From Euprymna scolopes (taxonomy: Eukaryota), in NCBI GenBank assembly GCA_053919585.1, contig CM132790.1: 64,000 bases of DNA; one strand, 5' to 3'. A program made the position numbers and the translations under genes. How positions within the stretch are numbered: the first letter of the stretch is position 1; every line of letters starts with the position of its first letter. The notes beneath the pieces are model-generated. The model had not been told where the DNA came from. It did no database searches and worked only from the letters and a program-made list of their open reading frames with translations. Shown here in pieces: positions 23,570 through 38,100 of this stretch.

Positions 23570-26500
23570 TCTATATATTTATAAAGTAATAGGGTTCGTG
23601 TGTTTCTGTCTGTGTGTACAGCTCTCCATCATCAACGAAATATAAAGGAGGTAAGAGGGTAGATCTCTCCTGGTAGAGAAACATTAGAACCCATTTTAGG
23701 ATGTTTCTGTTATAGGAGACATAAGAATCTAGGCCTAATTTCTTTATATACTAGTCTACAAACCACCCCCATATCGAATGACTTATGCTCATTTGCATAT
23801 CACATTATATTAAATCTCTTTAACTAATTACCTCGACCTTATTACATATTGGAAATATTCTAATCATTTCAACTGTACTATTTACAAAATCTATTTAACA
23901 TTTAATTATTTAATATATTTTCATTTAATTTTATATTCGATTTATTTCACTTTACGTATATTATCAAAACAATTCATTGGCGAGCAAAGCTTTATGTTTT
24001 GGGATTGTATTGAAAATGTAATGGAAATTTCAATTTCGTTCCGTTTTAATCTTTTATATTTTACTTGCCAATATAATTGAAAGAATACAATTCAACTATC
24101 GTAATTTTATATAAATAAACAAAAACAAATATTTTAAAATAAAACTTTATTAAAAAATAAATAATTTTATTTTTAAATGAAAAAAATCAATTTAGTAAAA
24201 TAATTGTATTAAACACCCCCAGCCTTGTCAGCAAACCTGTAAACCTATAAAAGTTAACATTTCGAATGTAAACAGTGATTTTTCGATTTTGTTAGCGCTT
24301 GCCGCAATTAAACACAATTAAAACGGAACTAACTTTATTTCCATTCTATTTTTTAAACAACCCCCAAAACATAACGCTCTCTTCCAGTTATAGCCAATTT
24401 TTTTTTAATTAAATAAAACAGGTCAAAATAAACACATAAGCGCATTTTCTTTTACATTTTTTGTCATTTAACCAACTGCAGGATACCGTTACTTTTGTGG
24501 GGTTGTTTTGAAAATGGCACGGAGATTATAATTTCGTTCCAATTTAATCTTTCTGGTCGAGCCTATTTCGAAAGCCTGTCTTATCATAGATTTGAACTAC
24601 AAATAATTTATTACATTTTGATTATTACTATCTTAAGACTTAAAGCTTATATTTATTTCATTTTTCTATTTATATATTGAATTAGTTATTTCCAGTCTTA
24701 TTTAAACTTAGTGCTTTCTTTAAACCGGATGAACCTTTTATAAAAATATGAGTTTAACGTAAAGAACACGAACAAGGTTTTATTCAACTGAATTTCTTCC
24801 AGTTTACTAACAAAATATATAAATTTAAAAGAGATATAAATAATAAAATAAAAAGGTTATGTAATTTAAAAGAAATACACGTACTCACAAAAGCAGAACT
24901 TTTTTTACACATTTTTTTCTTTAAAACCATAACAATGAGACTAACAATTACCTAGATCTTAGTAATTATTTGTTTTAATAGAACTGTTTTAATTGTACTG
25001 TTTACTTAGTTAACCTAAGTTGGTATTACATTTATTTTACATTTACTTTTTTTTTTAATTATTACTTTTAGACTGTGACGTTTACACCCGGAAGTAATGA
25101 GTCACACGTAGGTCGCTTTTATTCATTCCTTTTGGTCAAGATCAAAGTGTAGTATCTGTTCTTCAGATGCTGCACTTCATTTTCTTGTTCTCTTTCGGTG
25201 GAGGAGAAATCCTTCACGACTGAGACAATTTTTATTTTTGTACCTTTTCTCCACGTTAAAAAACGACCCTGGTGTCTAACTCTGTCCCGTGGGGAGGCAT
25301 AGTAAATAGGTACAATATAATTGTTTATAATTGTACTATTCAGAAATATTATTTATAGTTCGTCTATTTCAGTTAGTATACATTTCCTTTACGCTTAATT
25401 AATTTACAATCATTAATATCGTTAAACAATTCCGTTTAAAACCGAAATTATGCCACCCAAACGAAGTAGAAACGAAAGTGAGGAAGAAAGAATGGAAAGA
25501 TTGGAAGCTAATAGACTAAGAGTTGCTGCAATTCGCTCCAATGAAAACAATTCAGATAGAGAAAGACGTCTAGAACTTAACAGGATACGTCAAAGAGAAA
25601 GGAGAGCAAGACTGTCAGATTTGGAAAGAGAAACCCAACGTGAAGCTGACAGAACTAGACATGCTGTAAGGCGGTTAAATTCATCACAAGATGAAATTCA
25701 AGAAAGGCAAAGATATGCACTGGAAAGAGAAGCAATATTACGATCGAATGAATTATATGAGGTAAGTAGACGTACACAAGGTCAGTTGAGAGTGGCTCAA
25801 CGACATCAGAATGAATCGGAAATCCAACGAAGCTTTCGCCTATACCAAGGGCAACAACGAGAGGCTGCATGGAGAGAGAGTATGACTTTGCCCCAGCAAT
25901 TGACAGAAAACGAGGCAGCTAGACAACGAATGACTGCTTTGAGACACCATGAAATAGAACACTGCAATAGAAAAGGATTGCTCTACAACAAAAATGACTC
26001 TCTCACTACAGCTGATATAGGAAAAATGGACAAAGTATGTCAACATTGCTCAGCTGTAAAATTTAAAGGAGAAACCCCTGGTTATTGTTGTTCTTCTGGC
26101 AAAGTTGTGCTTGATAGCTTTCCACCACTGCCTCAGTTGCTTCAAGATTTGCTCTCCGGCAATGGTCCCATCTCTAAAGATTTTCTGCAAAATCTACGCA
26201 GTTATAACAATTGTTTTGCAATGACATCATTTGGTCACAAAATTGCGGCAGTACATGGGTGGAATCCTTCTTTTAGAATTCGAGGCCAGGTTTGCCACCA
26301 GATTGGGAGTCTTTTACCACCTGAAGATGAAACAGCAAAGTTTATTCAAGTCTACTTCTTGGATAGTCTGGAAGAGGAACTACATAATCGGGGACGTGAC
26401 AGTAGACTCAATAGAGACATTCTCCAAAGTCTGACTGAATTTTTACATGAGAACAACAGCTTCATTTGTCAGCTGAAAACAACAAAGGAGAGGATTGAAG

Positions 26501-29500
26501 AAGAACACTTGGTAGAACATAAAGTTGTCATAAGGGAAGACCGAAGGCCGCAAGAAGAGCATCCACGGCGATTCAATGCTCCAACAACAACGTATGAGAT
26601 TGGAATATTAATGGAGAATGAACCAACAGCTAACCGGGATATTGTCTTGCGTTTTAGAAATGATACATTAAAATGGATCTCCGAACTACATCCCCTCTAC
26701 GATACTTTAATGTACCCGTTAATGTACCCCTATGGTTCTCCATCTTACAACATCTACATGAAGGCATCCAATGGGCGAAAAGTTACCCAACAGCAATTTT
26801 ATTCGTACCATTTAATGACTCGGCCTGGAAACTATTTTCTCTGGTACCGAAGGCTATTTCAACAATGGCTGGTGGATGTGTACTGCAAGATTGAAACAGA
26901 ACGTTTACAGTTCCTGAGGCGTGAGCAACAGACCCTGAGAGCTGACAATTATAGCAACTTGAGAGATTCAATTCTTAGGGAGGATGGGAATCCAGAACAG
27001 TTTGGTCAACGAGTTGTACTTCCGGCAACTTATACAGGAGGCCCTCGATACATGTTTGAGCGTCAAAGTGATGCCATGGCATATGTTCGGCGAATGGGCC
27101 GAGCCGACCTCTTCATCACGTTCACAACAAATCCAAAGTGGACAGAAATTACAGAAAATTGTCTTCAAGGGCAAGACCCTCAGGATCGTCCAGATATTGT
27201 TGCCAGGGTTTTCAGGCAGAAGCTAAAAAAGTTACTTGAATTTATTAAAAAGGGAGGATTTGGCAGGTTGAGGGCTTTCCTGTACAGTATTGAATATCAA
27301 AAAAGAGGACTGCCGCATGCACACATCCTCACCTGGTAGGCCCCAGAGGACAAACTTCTACCAGAAAAAATGGATCTCTGCATATCTGCAGAGATCCCTG
27401 ACAAAGAGGAAGATCCTGATCTTCATGCTAAAGTGATGGCACATATGGTGCATGGACCTTGTGGACCATTTAATCCAAATTGTCCATGTATGATTGACAA
27501 CAAATGTTCCAAAAAATACCCAAAAGAATTTCTTCAGTGTACCGAGCAAGGCCAAGACTCTTACCCCAAGTACAGGCGAAGAAAACCAGAAGATGGAGGC
27601 CAGACTGGTACAATAAGGATGAAGAGAAATGGTCGGTATGTTAATCAAGAAATAACAAACCAGTGGATTGTTCCGTATAACAAGGTCCTCCTTCAGCAGT
27701 TCAACGCTCACATTAACGTAGAAATTTGCAGCTCGATCCAAAGCATCAAATATGTCCTCAAATACGTGTATAAAGGATGTGATCAAGCAGTGTTTGAACT
27801 ACAAAGAACTGATGGAGCAGCTAACCAACAAGGCCAAGTACAAAGTCACATTGTGGATGAGATCCAGCAGTTCCAGAATGCAAGGTATGTCGGCAGTTCA
27901 GAGGCGGCCTGGAGGATATTGGAACATCCCATCCATGAATATTTCCCCCAAATTGTACAACTTTCTGTTCATCTTGAAAATGGGCAGCGTGTCATGTTCT
28001 CAGCTGATACTGCTCTGGAACGAGCCCAAGGTCCACCGCCTGCCACAACTTTGACAGCATTTTTTCAACTCTGCCATGAGGATGACTTTGCAAGGGGTCT
28101 CAAATACGTAGAAGTCCCTGAGTTTTACACTTGGAACAAATCGACAAAGAAATGGATGAGAAGAATGCGTGGGGTACAAGTTGAAGGTACTGAAAATGAT
28201 GATGTATGGAAGGCACCATGCATTGGGAGAATCTACACGATTAGTCCAAAAGCAGGGGAGTGTTATTTCTTACGCCTGTTGCTCAATGAGGTTGCTGGTC
28301 CAACTTCATTTCAAAATTTGCGAGCATACAATGGTCAGGTGTTTGAAACATACAGAGCAGCGTGCCTTGCTCGAGGCCTTCTAGAAAATGACCATCACTT
28401 GCATTAAGCAGTAGGAGAGGCAAGTACCACTCAATCACCTTCAAATTTGCGAAGCCTATTTGTGATAATTTTAACAGCCTGTGAGCCAAGAAATCCTCTT
28501 GAGATCTGGATGGCTTTTCGTGATGTAATATCTGAAGACATTCTTCACAGATACAGGCAAGAAGTTAACAATCCAGAAGCAGATTTTAATGAGGACATCT
28601 ACAATAAAACTCTTTGTCTAATTGATGAAAAAGTTCTCCTTATGTGCGGTCAACCATTGGCAAGCTATGGATTACCTGCACCAACGCAAGGGAGAGATGA
28701 AAGACTCGCGAGAGAGTATCAACGTGAAGTTACTTATAATCTTGAAGAACTTTCCCTACAAGCAGAAAATATGCAAGAAAAACTGACCGATTCTCAAAGA
28801 GAAGTTTACAATTCATTCATGGCAATGTTGGAAGCACAAGGTGAAATGAACAAAAACATGATGTTTCTTGATGCTCCAGGTGGTACGGTCAAGACTTTTG
28901 TAATCAATTTGATCCTTGCAAAGATTAGATCCATGAGAAAGATTGTGGTTGCAACAGCATCCGGTGGCATTGCTGCTACTCTACTACAAGGTGGCCGCAC
29001 TCTTCACAGCACTTTTAAAGTACCCTTGGATACTCATCGAATGGATCAGCCAGTTTGCAAAATTACTGGTAACTCAGCCTTGGCAAATGTAATTAGAGAC
29101 ACCTCTGCAATCATTGTAGACGAAGCCCCAATGACGCACAAGAGTGCTTATGAAGCAATTGACCGAACACTGCAAGACATCACAGGAAACAAGAATCCCA
29201 TGGGTGGCATTCCAACCTTATTTTGCGGTGATTTCCGTCAAATCCTCCCAGTGGTTAAAAATGGCACAAGGGCTAACATTGTCAATGCAAGTTTGAAACA
29301 ATCCTATCTCTGGAGGCAAGTTATAGTGAAGAGACTGACTACTAATATGAGAGCCTATATCTCTGATAACACAGCTGCAGCAGACTTCTCAAAATTGCTT
29401 CTCCAAATCGGTAATGGTCAGTTTCCTATCACTTCTTCACCTGACACAATTAAGATTCCAACTGCGCTTGGTAAATGTGTTGGTAATCAGAAGCAACTGA

Positions 29501-30493
29501 AAGACAAAGTGTACCCAGACCTGCAAAACAATGGAAAATCACCGGATTGGCTTGCTGAGAGGGCTATTATTTCGCCATTAAACAGCAATGTGAATCATTT
29601 GAACAATTCAATAATGGATGAATTTCCAGGAGACACAAAGCAATACAAGTCAGTTGATTCAGCTACTAATGAATATGAAGCTGTTCACTACCCTGTGGAG
29701 TTTTTAAACTCTTTGGAGATATCTGGAATGCCTCCACACATTTTAAATCTCAAAATTGGATCGCCAATCATGATTCTTCGATCCTTGGAACCGCCAAAAA
29801 CAACAAACGGAACCAGATGTGTTATCACCAGATTGCACACCAATGTACTTGAGGCCACCATTTCCTGTGGTCCCTACAAAGGCGAAACCGTTCTACTGCC
29901 AAGGATCCCCTTAGTTCCATCGGACTCAGAACTTCCATTTAAATTCCGGAGACCCCAATTTCCTGTGAAGGTGTGTTTTGCAATGAGCATAAACAAAAGT
30001 CAAGGTCAGACATTTAACACCATTGGCGTAGACTTGACATCAGACTGCTTCAGTCACGGTATGTTCTACGTCTCCATCAGCCGGACAGGAAGTTCAGAAA
30101 AACTCTACATTCTGGCTCCAAATCAAAGCAGCAGAAATGTAGTTTACCCTGAGGCTCTTCAGTGAAAAGTTCGAGAAATGGATATGAGGAAAAACTGACA
30201 TGATCTGATTGTGGTAAGTTTTTAGTATTGAATGTGCAAGATAAAATTTAAGCAAGAGTTGAAAATTACTTCAATGAAAAATTTACTATGTAACATCAAG
30301 TAACCTTCCTTTTTGATGAAAATGTTTTGTGAAGTTCCTGATTGAATTTCAGTCACTACAAGAGGTAGTTAAAATGTTAATCACCTTATGCAATCGTTGC
30401 TCTTACAACATCAACTTACTGGAAAGGTGCCCACAGATTTTGGTACCCGAGTGCGCAACAAAGCTCCGTGCGAAGCACGGGTATCTTTGCTAG
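23570..30493 (+). mobile_element. Full-length autonomous-type Helitron (6.9 kb)
   Basis: 5' TC (TCTATATATTTATAAAG) after A; 3' hairpin CCGTGC-GAA-GCACGG (30466-30480) then CTAG (30490-30493) before T; inserted in a (TA)n tract; Rep/Hel ORF inside. Confidence 0.95.
25450..30165 (+). pseudogene. Helitron Rep/Helicase (about 1571 codons) with two in-frame stops
   Basis: ORFs at 25450, 27370 and 28447 share one frame, separated only by TAG (27337) and TAA (28405). Charged N-terminal repeats, zinc-finger-like CQHC...CC, HUH Rep motifs FITFT, EYQKRGLPHAH and YVLKY, and PIF1 helicase motifs DAPGGTVKT, IVDEA, GDFRQ and FAMSINKSQGQT. Confidence 0.96.
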
Positions 30494-30510
30494 TATATAT
30501 ATATATATAT

Positions 30511-31975
30511 ATGCGGGTAGCCTACTACCTCAGGGAGATGAACGCTTCTGCCTCGCATAGTTTCAGGTCACACTTGGGCAAGGTGTAGTACCTGTTAGCC
30601 TCCCTCTCAAGTTCTGGAGGGTTACTATATTGTGAGAACTAGGGATATATAAATACATATGCATGTTTGCTTGCTTATGTGTATGTATGTGTGTATGTCC
30701 AGCTGCCGGAGAGGTAAAACTCCGTGATAATAAAACATGCACACTATGCCACTGCTCAGTCATCTCACTATATCAGTTTGTCACTGCGAAACCAGTGGTA
30801 GGGTGCGAGAGGGTACAATATGTGTAGCACAAGCACGTTGTGTCGCGATCTTTATGTGCAGATATCTTTCGAAAAAAAGAAAAAAAAGTCCTATGGCGAT
30901 AGGTGAGTGGCGACGTGCTTAGCGGACTGGAAGTGCATAGCTGCAAATCTGCACATAGGCGGCCAGTGATTTATCTAACATCGTCGACTAAATCGCTTAC
31001 AGGGTGGAAGCAACTTCGATGGATGATCTGGCGGCTGATCAGCCTTTTCTAGGGATACACTGCTCATCCATGCATTTCAGAAGTGTCTAGAAAAGGTGAC
31101 CTAAAAATTGTCTACCTTTTATTAAGCTGGTCGGCCTCCTGCGGTCGGCGGCTGCTCTATATTCGCAGGAGAAACAATAATAAACAAGGAAATCCAAATT
31201 TTATCAGGAGAGGAATAACCTAACTATTGCTACGTGGAATGTGAGAACTTTGCTAGATGTCCTGGATAATGAAAGGCCTGAGCGAAGGACAACTATTGTT
31301 GCAAGAGAGCTCGCTAGGTACAGCATAGACATTGCGGCATTGTCTGAGACGCAATTGAGTGCTGAAGATCAATTGGTGGATCGCCTGTTCTATGGTGAAA
31401 TTGCACAAGGAAAGCGCCCACAACATAAACCGAGGAAACGCTTTAAGGATAACATCAAAGATAATCTTAAAGCTCTTGGTATTGACGTGTTCAGTTGGGA
31501 AAGTGCTTCCAATGATCGTAAAAAGTGGCGCTCCTTAGTCTATCATGGCTGTGATAGTTTTGAGAAGAAAAAATATGAGCATGCAAGAATGAAGCGTAAT
31601 ATCCGGAAGAAAAATCTGTCAGATATATCAGGTCTGTTGGAGGATTTCATGCAGAACCACACTTGTAATTTATGCGGTAAAATGACTTTATTCGGAGCTG
31701 GCCTGGCTAGCCACAAGCGTTCACATGGAGATCAATCTTTCTTTGATGGGGTAAAATTTGCAGGGCACAGATGTTCTGTTTGATCTGTGGCCTGTAAATC
31801 GAGTGGAGGCCTAAAGCGTAATATGAGCGTCCACAGTAGAGCAGCACCGGTAGGCATCCCTCAATCTCAGTTTAAGTATGACCTTTGCAACAGACTGTGT
31901 AAAAGCAGGGCTGGTCTGAAGAGCCACCTTCGTTCGCACAGAAAATAGGAATTGATGCATTCTTGATCACAGCTC
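30511..31975 (+). mobile_element. Internally deleted RTE-clade LINE
   Basis: Endonuclease N-terminus (IATWNVRTL..RPERRT..VARELARY.IDIAALSET) joined in frame to the post-RT C-terminus (LFYGE..GKR..KPRKRFKD..K..L...W...R..WR); three C2H2-like fingers at about 31660-31940; long GC-richer 5' UTR. Confidence 0.9.
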
Positions 31976-32149
31976 CACATGTATATATGTGTGTGTGTAT
32001 AAGTGTATATATGTGTACATAATCATAATTAAAAATATATATATATTTTCAAAAATACATGAAAATAATTGAGTAATCAACAATAAAGCAAGGGAAAGAT
32101 GGTCTTCTTCTGTCAAGAAGTGACAATCACCATATATATATACTCCAGT

Positions 32150-35100
32150 TGATACTACTATAAATATGATAAAAATGAAAAGAATAATGGATCTTTTGCA
32201 TTGACTTTATATATTTTACTTAATAAGTGCACACAACGAAAACATATTGATGAATGTCCAAAACAGACTGCAAAAAATACCATTATTATATTGTATTTAT
32301 TTGGCGGATGTCATTCACTTTAGTCTCTAAAAGAGCATCACTTTTTGAAGAGCTTTATTATGGACCGAAGGATGAAACACATCCGTGCAAATATGTGAAC
32401 TTATCGGCAAAATATCAGGGAGAAACAAAGACAACAGGTTAGAGAAAGGGACACAGAGCGAAATCAAATGGGAAGATGTAATCCTAGTGAACAGCAACGT
32501 AATATATATTTAGAGCGAGCACAATGGATATTTCAAAACAGAATGAAAAGCATGATTGCAATGGAGAGAGATAATAAGAGATGTCAACAGATGCATACGA
32601 TTTATGTTGAATAGTAATTCTAACACTAGCTGTCAAATGGATGTATTATGTGTCTACTGTGGAACAATAAGATTTAGAAATGCGAATCTAAATTGTTGCC
32701 ATAATGCTAAGGTACATTTACCAGGAATATTACCATATATAGAGAGATTTAAATGTTTGTCTGAAGGGACTGATCATGAATCTGTTTTATTTTTTTATTA
32801 TTAGAAATTACAACCGTGCATTTTCTTTTGCATCATTCGGTGTAAACTCATCTATCCCTTCAGGAAGAAGTTTATATTGTTTTCGCATTCGAGGTCAAAC
32901 ATATCATAAAACGACAACTTTGGATCCTAATCAGGGGCACCCTCATTATGATCATCTGTACATCATAGACTCATATGTAGCCCTGCAGTACAGATTAAAT
33001 GCTTCACCAAACTCTAAATGTCTACCATCAATTTGATTATGGAGGAAATAAATCCTTATGTACATTTGTATAAGAACATAGATTTAATTGAAGAGTAACA
33101 GCAGTAATTTCTATAAGAGGAAAAAAACAAATGCTCAGGTGTCAGTAGTATTTCAGAGGGCTAAAGACATAAGGAGATAATGTTATTGCCTGTCGATATG
33201 TTAACCTCCTGAAGTTATGTGGCGATTATAAGAGTTTAGACTCTATCATGTGTCTAACACAGTGTTTAGATTTGCAGTTCACCTTGAAGGTCACCATAGG
33301 GTTTATTTACATAGTGGTAATGCACAACAAATTGCACCCACAGACACTACTCTTACAGCATAGTTTAAGATGAATGATCATGATTTTAATGCACAGAATT
33401 ATTTGTACCCTAACATTCTTCTGCATTAGTAGAATGTACACTGGGAACCCTAAAGATGTAGAACATTTTTATTTGAGGATGTTGCTAGTGCATGTTCATG
33501 GAGCTAAAAACGTAGAAGAATTGTGCGTTGTAGAAGGTGTTCTTATGCCTGCATTTAAAAAGCCAACTTAAAACTTGAAAATGCTTTGTTGAAGCTGCTG
33601 CATTTTAAACGTCTTCACAACTTTTAGTCATGTTTGATGCAATATATGTCTATTCAAATCCAAAAATCTCTTTATTTTCAGAATAGCCATAAGAACTCTA
33701 TGATGGAAGATTTCCTACACCAGGGATTTTCAATGGACAAGGCTAAAATATGGCTTTGCGACCCATAAATACAGCCCTGATTGAAAATGGTACTAATTGT
33801 TTTACACTTGGTTTAACTGGACATGCAGCACATGGAACAAGAACCTGTTTCAAATTACCTAAACATAAACACACTAACTGATGAACAGTGACATTGTGAT
33901 TAAATTTGTTACAATGAGTAAAAGAGGAAAATGCCTAAATATTCCTGTTTGTATGTGGATGCATCAGGGGGATATGACAAAACTTCAATGTTTAATATAA
34001 TAATTTTCCATCTTCGAAAAATAACTTTCTGACTATGTTATAGTGCCTCGATAGGCATTGCTTCTACTTTACTTTTAAGAAGAAGAAGAACCATCTACAG
34101 TTTATTTAAACTATCTATTCCACAAACATAAACTTCTATTTGCAATGTATCCCCCACGTCTGACTATACAAACTATTAAAACAATATTGACGTTATTTTA
34201 TTAGATGAAGCATCTATGATTCCTTCATTTGCTTTGGATGCAATTGACAAAACTTTGAAAGACATAAACAATAATAATAATGCTTTTGGAGGAACAATAA
34301 GGCTTTTGATAAGAGATTTTAGACAACTCCTACCCATATTATTAAGGGGGAGTCGTGGGGAGACAATTAAAATTTGCATTTAGAATTCCTCTCTTTCGCT
34401 TCAGTTTAAACAGTATAGCTTTTGTCAAAATGTAAGAGCAACACAAAATGAAAGTGAATTTGCCTTATGGTTACTTTATCTTAGAAAAGGAACAGCATGT
34501 CTGGTGGAATACTCAGGCTAGTCTGATAATGATAGTATAAAAGTGCCACAAGTATCATGCTTTGGTTGATGATATTTTAAAAATATATCACATTATTATT
34601 AGAAATAAGATAATTATTTTACCAAAAAAGGCTGGCTGCCTGTTCATTAATGAAGAGGTTTTACATCAACTTCCTGGTGATAGCCGAATATATTATAGCA
34701 CAAATAGAATACAGACATATGATTCCGAGGAAGCTATGCGCTATAAACCTGAATTTCTAAATTCATTGACACCATCCGGAATGCCTCCTCATAAATTGTT
34801 TTTAAAACCTGGATGCATAGTCAATCTTCTCAGAAATCTATCCATAAAAATGGACTGTGGAATGGAATAAGATTAAAAGTAAAAAATATGAATGTTCAAT
34901 TGAAGCGGCATTAATAAGCGGTGCATTACTAGGACAGCATGTTCTCATTCCACGAATAAAACTGACCCCAAGTGACCCTAAATTACTTTCATTTTAGAAA
35001 GAAATCATATTCTTATTCGGTTATCATATGCAATGATTATAAATAAATCTCAAGTTAAGATATTTAAAAAAGTTTGTTTGTTTCTACCACCCCATGTGTT

Positions 35101-35180
35101 TAGTCATGGATTATTATATGTTGAACTTTCAAGAGTTACATTCATGAAAATTAACAGCCAATGAAAAAAAAGGAATAACT
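32150..35180 (+). mobile_element. Old, heavily decayed Helitron of a different family
   Basis: Remnants CVYCG...CCHNAKVHLP, IRNYNRAFSFASFG, FRIRGQTYH, FYLRMLLVHVHG, LDEASM, DFRQLLP, EFLNSLTPSGMPPHKL, AMIINKSQ and VFSHGLLYV, in Rep/Hel order; most of the Rep core is deleted; termini uncertain. Confidence 0.9.
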
Positions 35181-38100
35181 TACACTAGGATTATAGTTGG
35201 TATTTTTCTTAATCTCAATCATTAATATAAAAAAAACATTTGATCGCAATAGTGCAATTGATTAATATTTAAGGAAAAATGTTTTTCTCATGTAAAAATC
35301 TTAATAGGATTAAACTACATGCATTAAAATAAAAAAAAACATGATATGTACAGTTTTTATTCATTGAGATTTCTAGAAAATACTTCCACATTTGGAAATA
35401 ATCATCAATTTACACTCCAAGAAAAATAAAAATTCTCGACATTTGGAAAAAATAAAATATCTATTTTCTATTTAAAAAAAATTGCATTGTGGAATATGTA
35501 CAGAAAGAAACACTTTTTTATTAGTTTGTAAGTAATGATTAAAATTTGAAAGAGAAAATTATAAAATTAAACTTATTTATAAATATATATAAAGATATAA
35601 ATAAATACTATTTCCTTGACTTTTCATTATTCTGAAGAAAGCACATTATTCAGCATTTAAAACATTTTTGTCGATGTAAAGTTAAACACATTATTTTACT
35701 ATTTTGAAAAATCTTTAAATGTTAACATTTAAAATTTTCTACGACATTTTTAAGTTAATGAAGGGTTAGAAAAAATCCCCTGCATTTCCAAATATTTATG
35801 GATGTATATTCAAAACAAAGGAACTTATCCTACGCTGGAAAATAATATTTGAAAGAGATATTTTCTTAAATTTAAAAAATCTGCTATATTCAAGATATCA
35901 TTAGAATTTTATATAAAAACCTATGATTTCATACGTTTTAAAAATATTCAAGAAACGTTATTTAATAATTTTACACTTGTAAATATCAATATTGTAAACT
36001 ACTATAAATAAATAGATAGAACAATATCTTTAGTTTAACTTTTATAATTATTCATTGATTAGAATAGAAATGATATTTTTATTTCAATGAAATATCAGAT
36101 TCTTCATTGGGTCATTTGTAAGTTACATTTAGTGAAATTTTCAATTGATAATATTTATAATCCTCTATTGATACGTTAAGTATACAATTCATTTAGACTT
36201 ATTTCCTCTACACAGGAGTTGTATGAAAATATATATTTCAAGAAAATAATGGTGTTTTAATTTTCTTATACTTGAAAATATTACGGAAAAGAACAGCTCC
36301 AAGTTTTTACATAACGTATCCAATTGAAATAAAGTTTAATTTGAAATGTACAATATACTTTAGGTCATAAAACTTATTAAATGAATTTGGATTTAAATGT
36401 GTTTCATGGCACTTACACAATACATTAATGAATTGATTAAATACATAAGACCATGAAACACATAACATTTTTGTAAGAAAATGCTTCGGGATAGAAACTT
36501 CAGGAAAGTTCTGTTTATATTATCAAAAAATAGTGACGCATTAATTGAGATCTGTATCAATAATCAATCTTTTTAACTATATGTCAAGAAAATAATATCT
36601 GAATTTCCTAATATGTACCGAACAATAACCAAAATAAAGTGATAGTTTTCTTGCATTAAAAAATTGGATTCATTTGAACATCCTCAATTTTAGTATTACT
36701 TAAAATTAAAGAAAAACTGTATACATATTCGCAATTTACATTTATTTGAAATTTATTCCTAATAGTGTTTTTTATTATAATTACTTTGTGTTGTGGTTAT
36801 TATGTACAATAATTGTTATCATTTTTAACTTTTCAAAATATTCAAGGATTTGAATTTAAATAATACATTTTTCTAATGCAATATGCGATTTTTGTATCGC
36901 TTATTAAAATTGAAAAGATAATATTAACTGTTGCTATTTCTTAAACTCATGAGATTTGATTGAACTTTGAAACAGAACATATTTTTCAATCCTAGGATTA
37001 TTTTAATCCATAATTTTCAGAAACGATTTATTAAAAACAAGTGCCAACGATATTGATATATTTGTCCAGGATATTACGCTCTGTAACAGACATGACAAAA
37101 AACAGATGTATACACATCTAAGGCACTAGCTATTCTGGTTCACCTTATCAAATACCTGTAGGAGACAAGGAGAGGAAAAACAGACAAGAATTTTGAAATT
37201 GTGCTGACTGTATTTGGGTGTGTCACTCAAAATTCATAAAATAACAACGGTTTTATTGCGAGAAATACTTGGTAAACGACTGTTCTGACAACGCAAAATG
37301 AATTTAACAGTTATTAAAAGAGGCTGGGAATGCTTACATTGTCGGAATGGTTGTTATTACCCTAACCCTCAGGGCAAACTGCCTGCTATTTTATTGACTT
37401 AAAATATGTTGTATTATATGTGCGTGTTAGTCAATACAATGAAGCAATGGAAACAAAATAAAAACAAAACAGACTAATACACTCTGACGAACGAAAACGA
37501 TTAAGAGAAAAATAATCATCATAGTTATAATGATCTGAATTAATGAAAACAACGTCCTATTCTCGGTGAAAAGAGAAAACATTGCTGATAATGACTTTTA
37601 TGTTTGAACAGCTGCGTACCGAATCCTGCAGCAAACCGATCATGTAATCTCAAACAGACATCATCTAAAATAGTGAATTATATTGCTTTCGTGTTTTCAC
37701 TGAACAACACTCACCACAATCATTATTTGCACAACCCGTATTGACAAAGAAAGGCTATTATATTAAACAGTAACTCCTCTAGACAACAGCTTTAGGCGGA
37801 GGATTATTTAACAATGTCCAATATAAGCTGAGCGATCCAGGAATCGCAATATTTGTAACAAGTAAAAATAATTCCCGCTGGAAAATATAGGAAAAAAGTA
37901 AACATTCGTTTATTAATATTAGTTTGAACGATTTAAGACGTGTAAACATACAACTAAACATAACAAAAGAACTAATGAAAAACTACATAATAAATATAAT
38001 AGGGGTAACATTGTTTTTGTATCCCCCATGTACATGTTTCTTTACGACGAAAACGTTTGGTACAAAGTCGGTTTGCAATTTGCATTAATACTACCCAAAT

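Noticed and set aside
27337-28407. Programmed readthrough or a three-gene Helitron
   Set aside because: Two isolated stops in about 1570 codons plus a Walker A mutation fit ordinary pseudogenisation.
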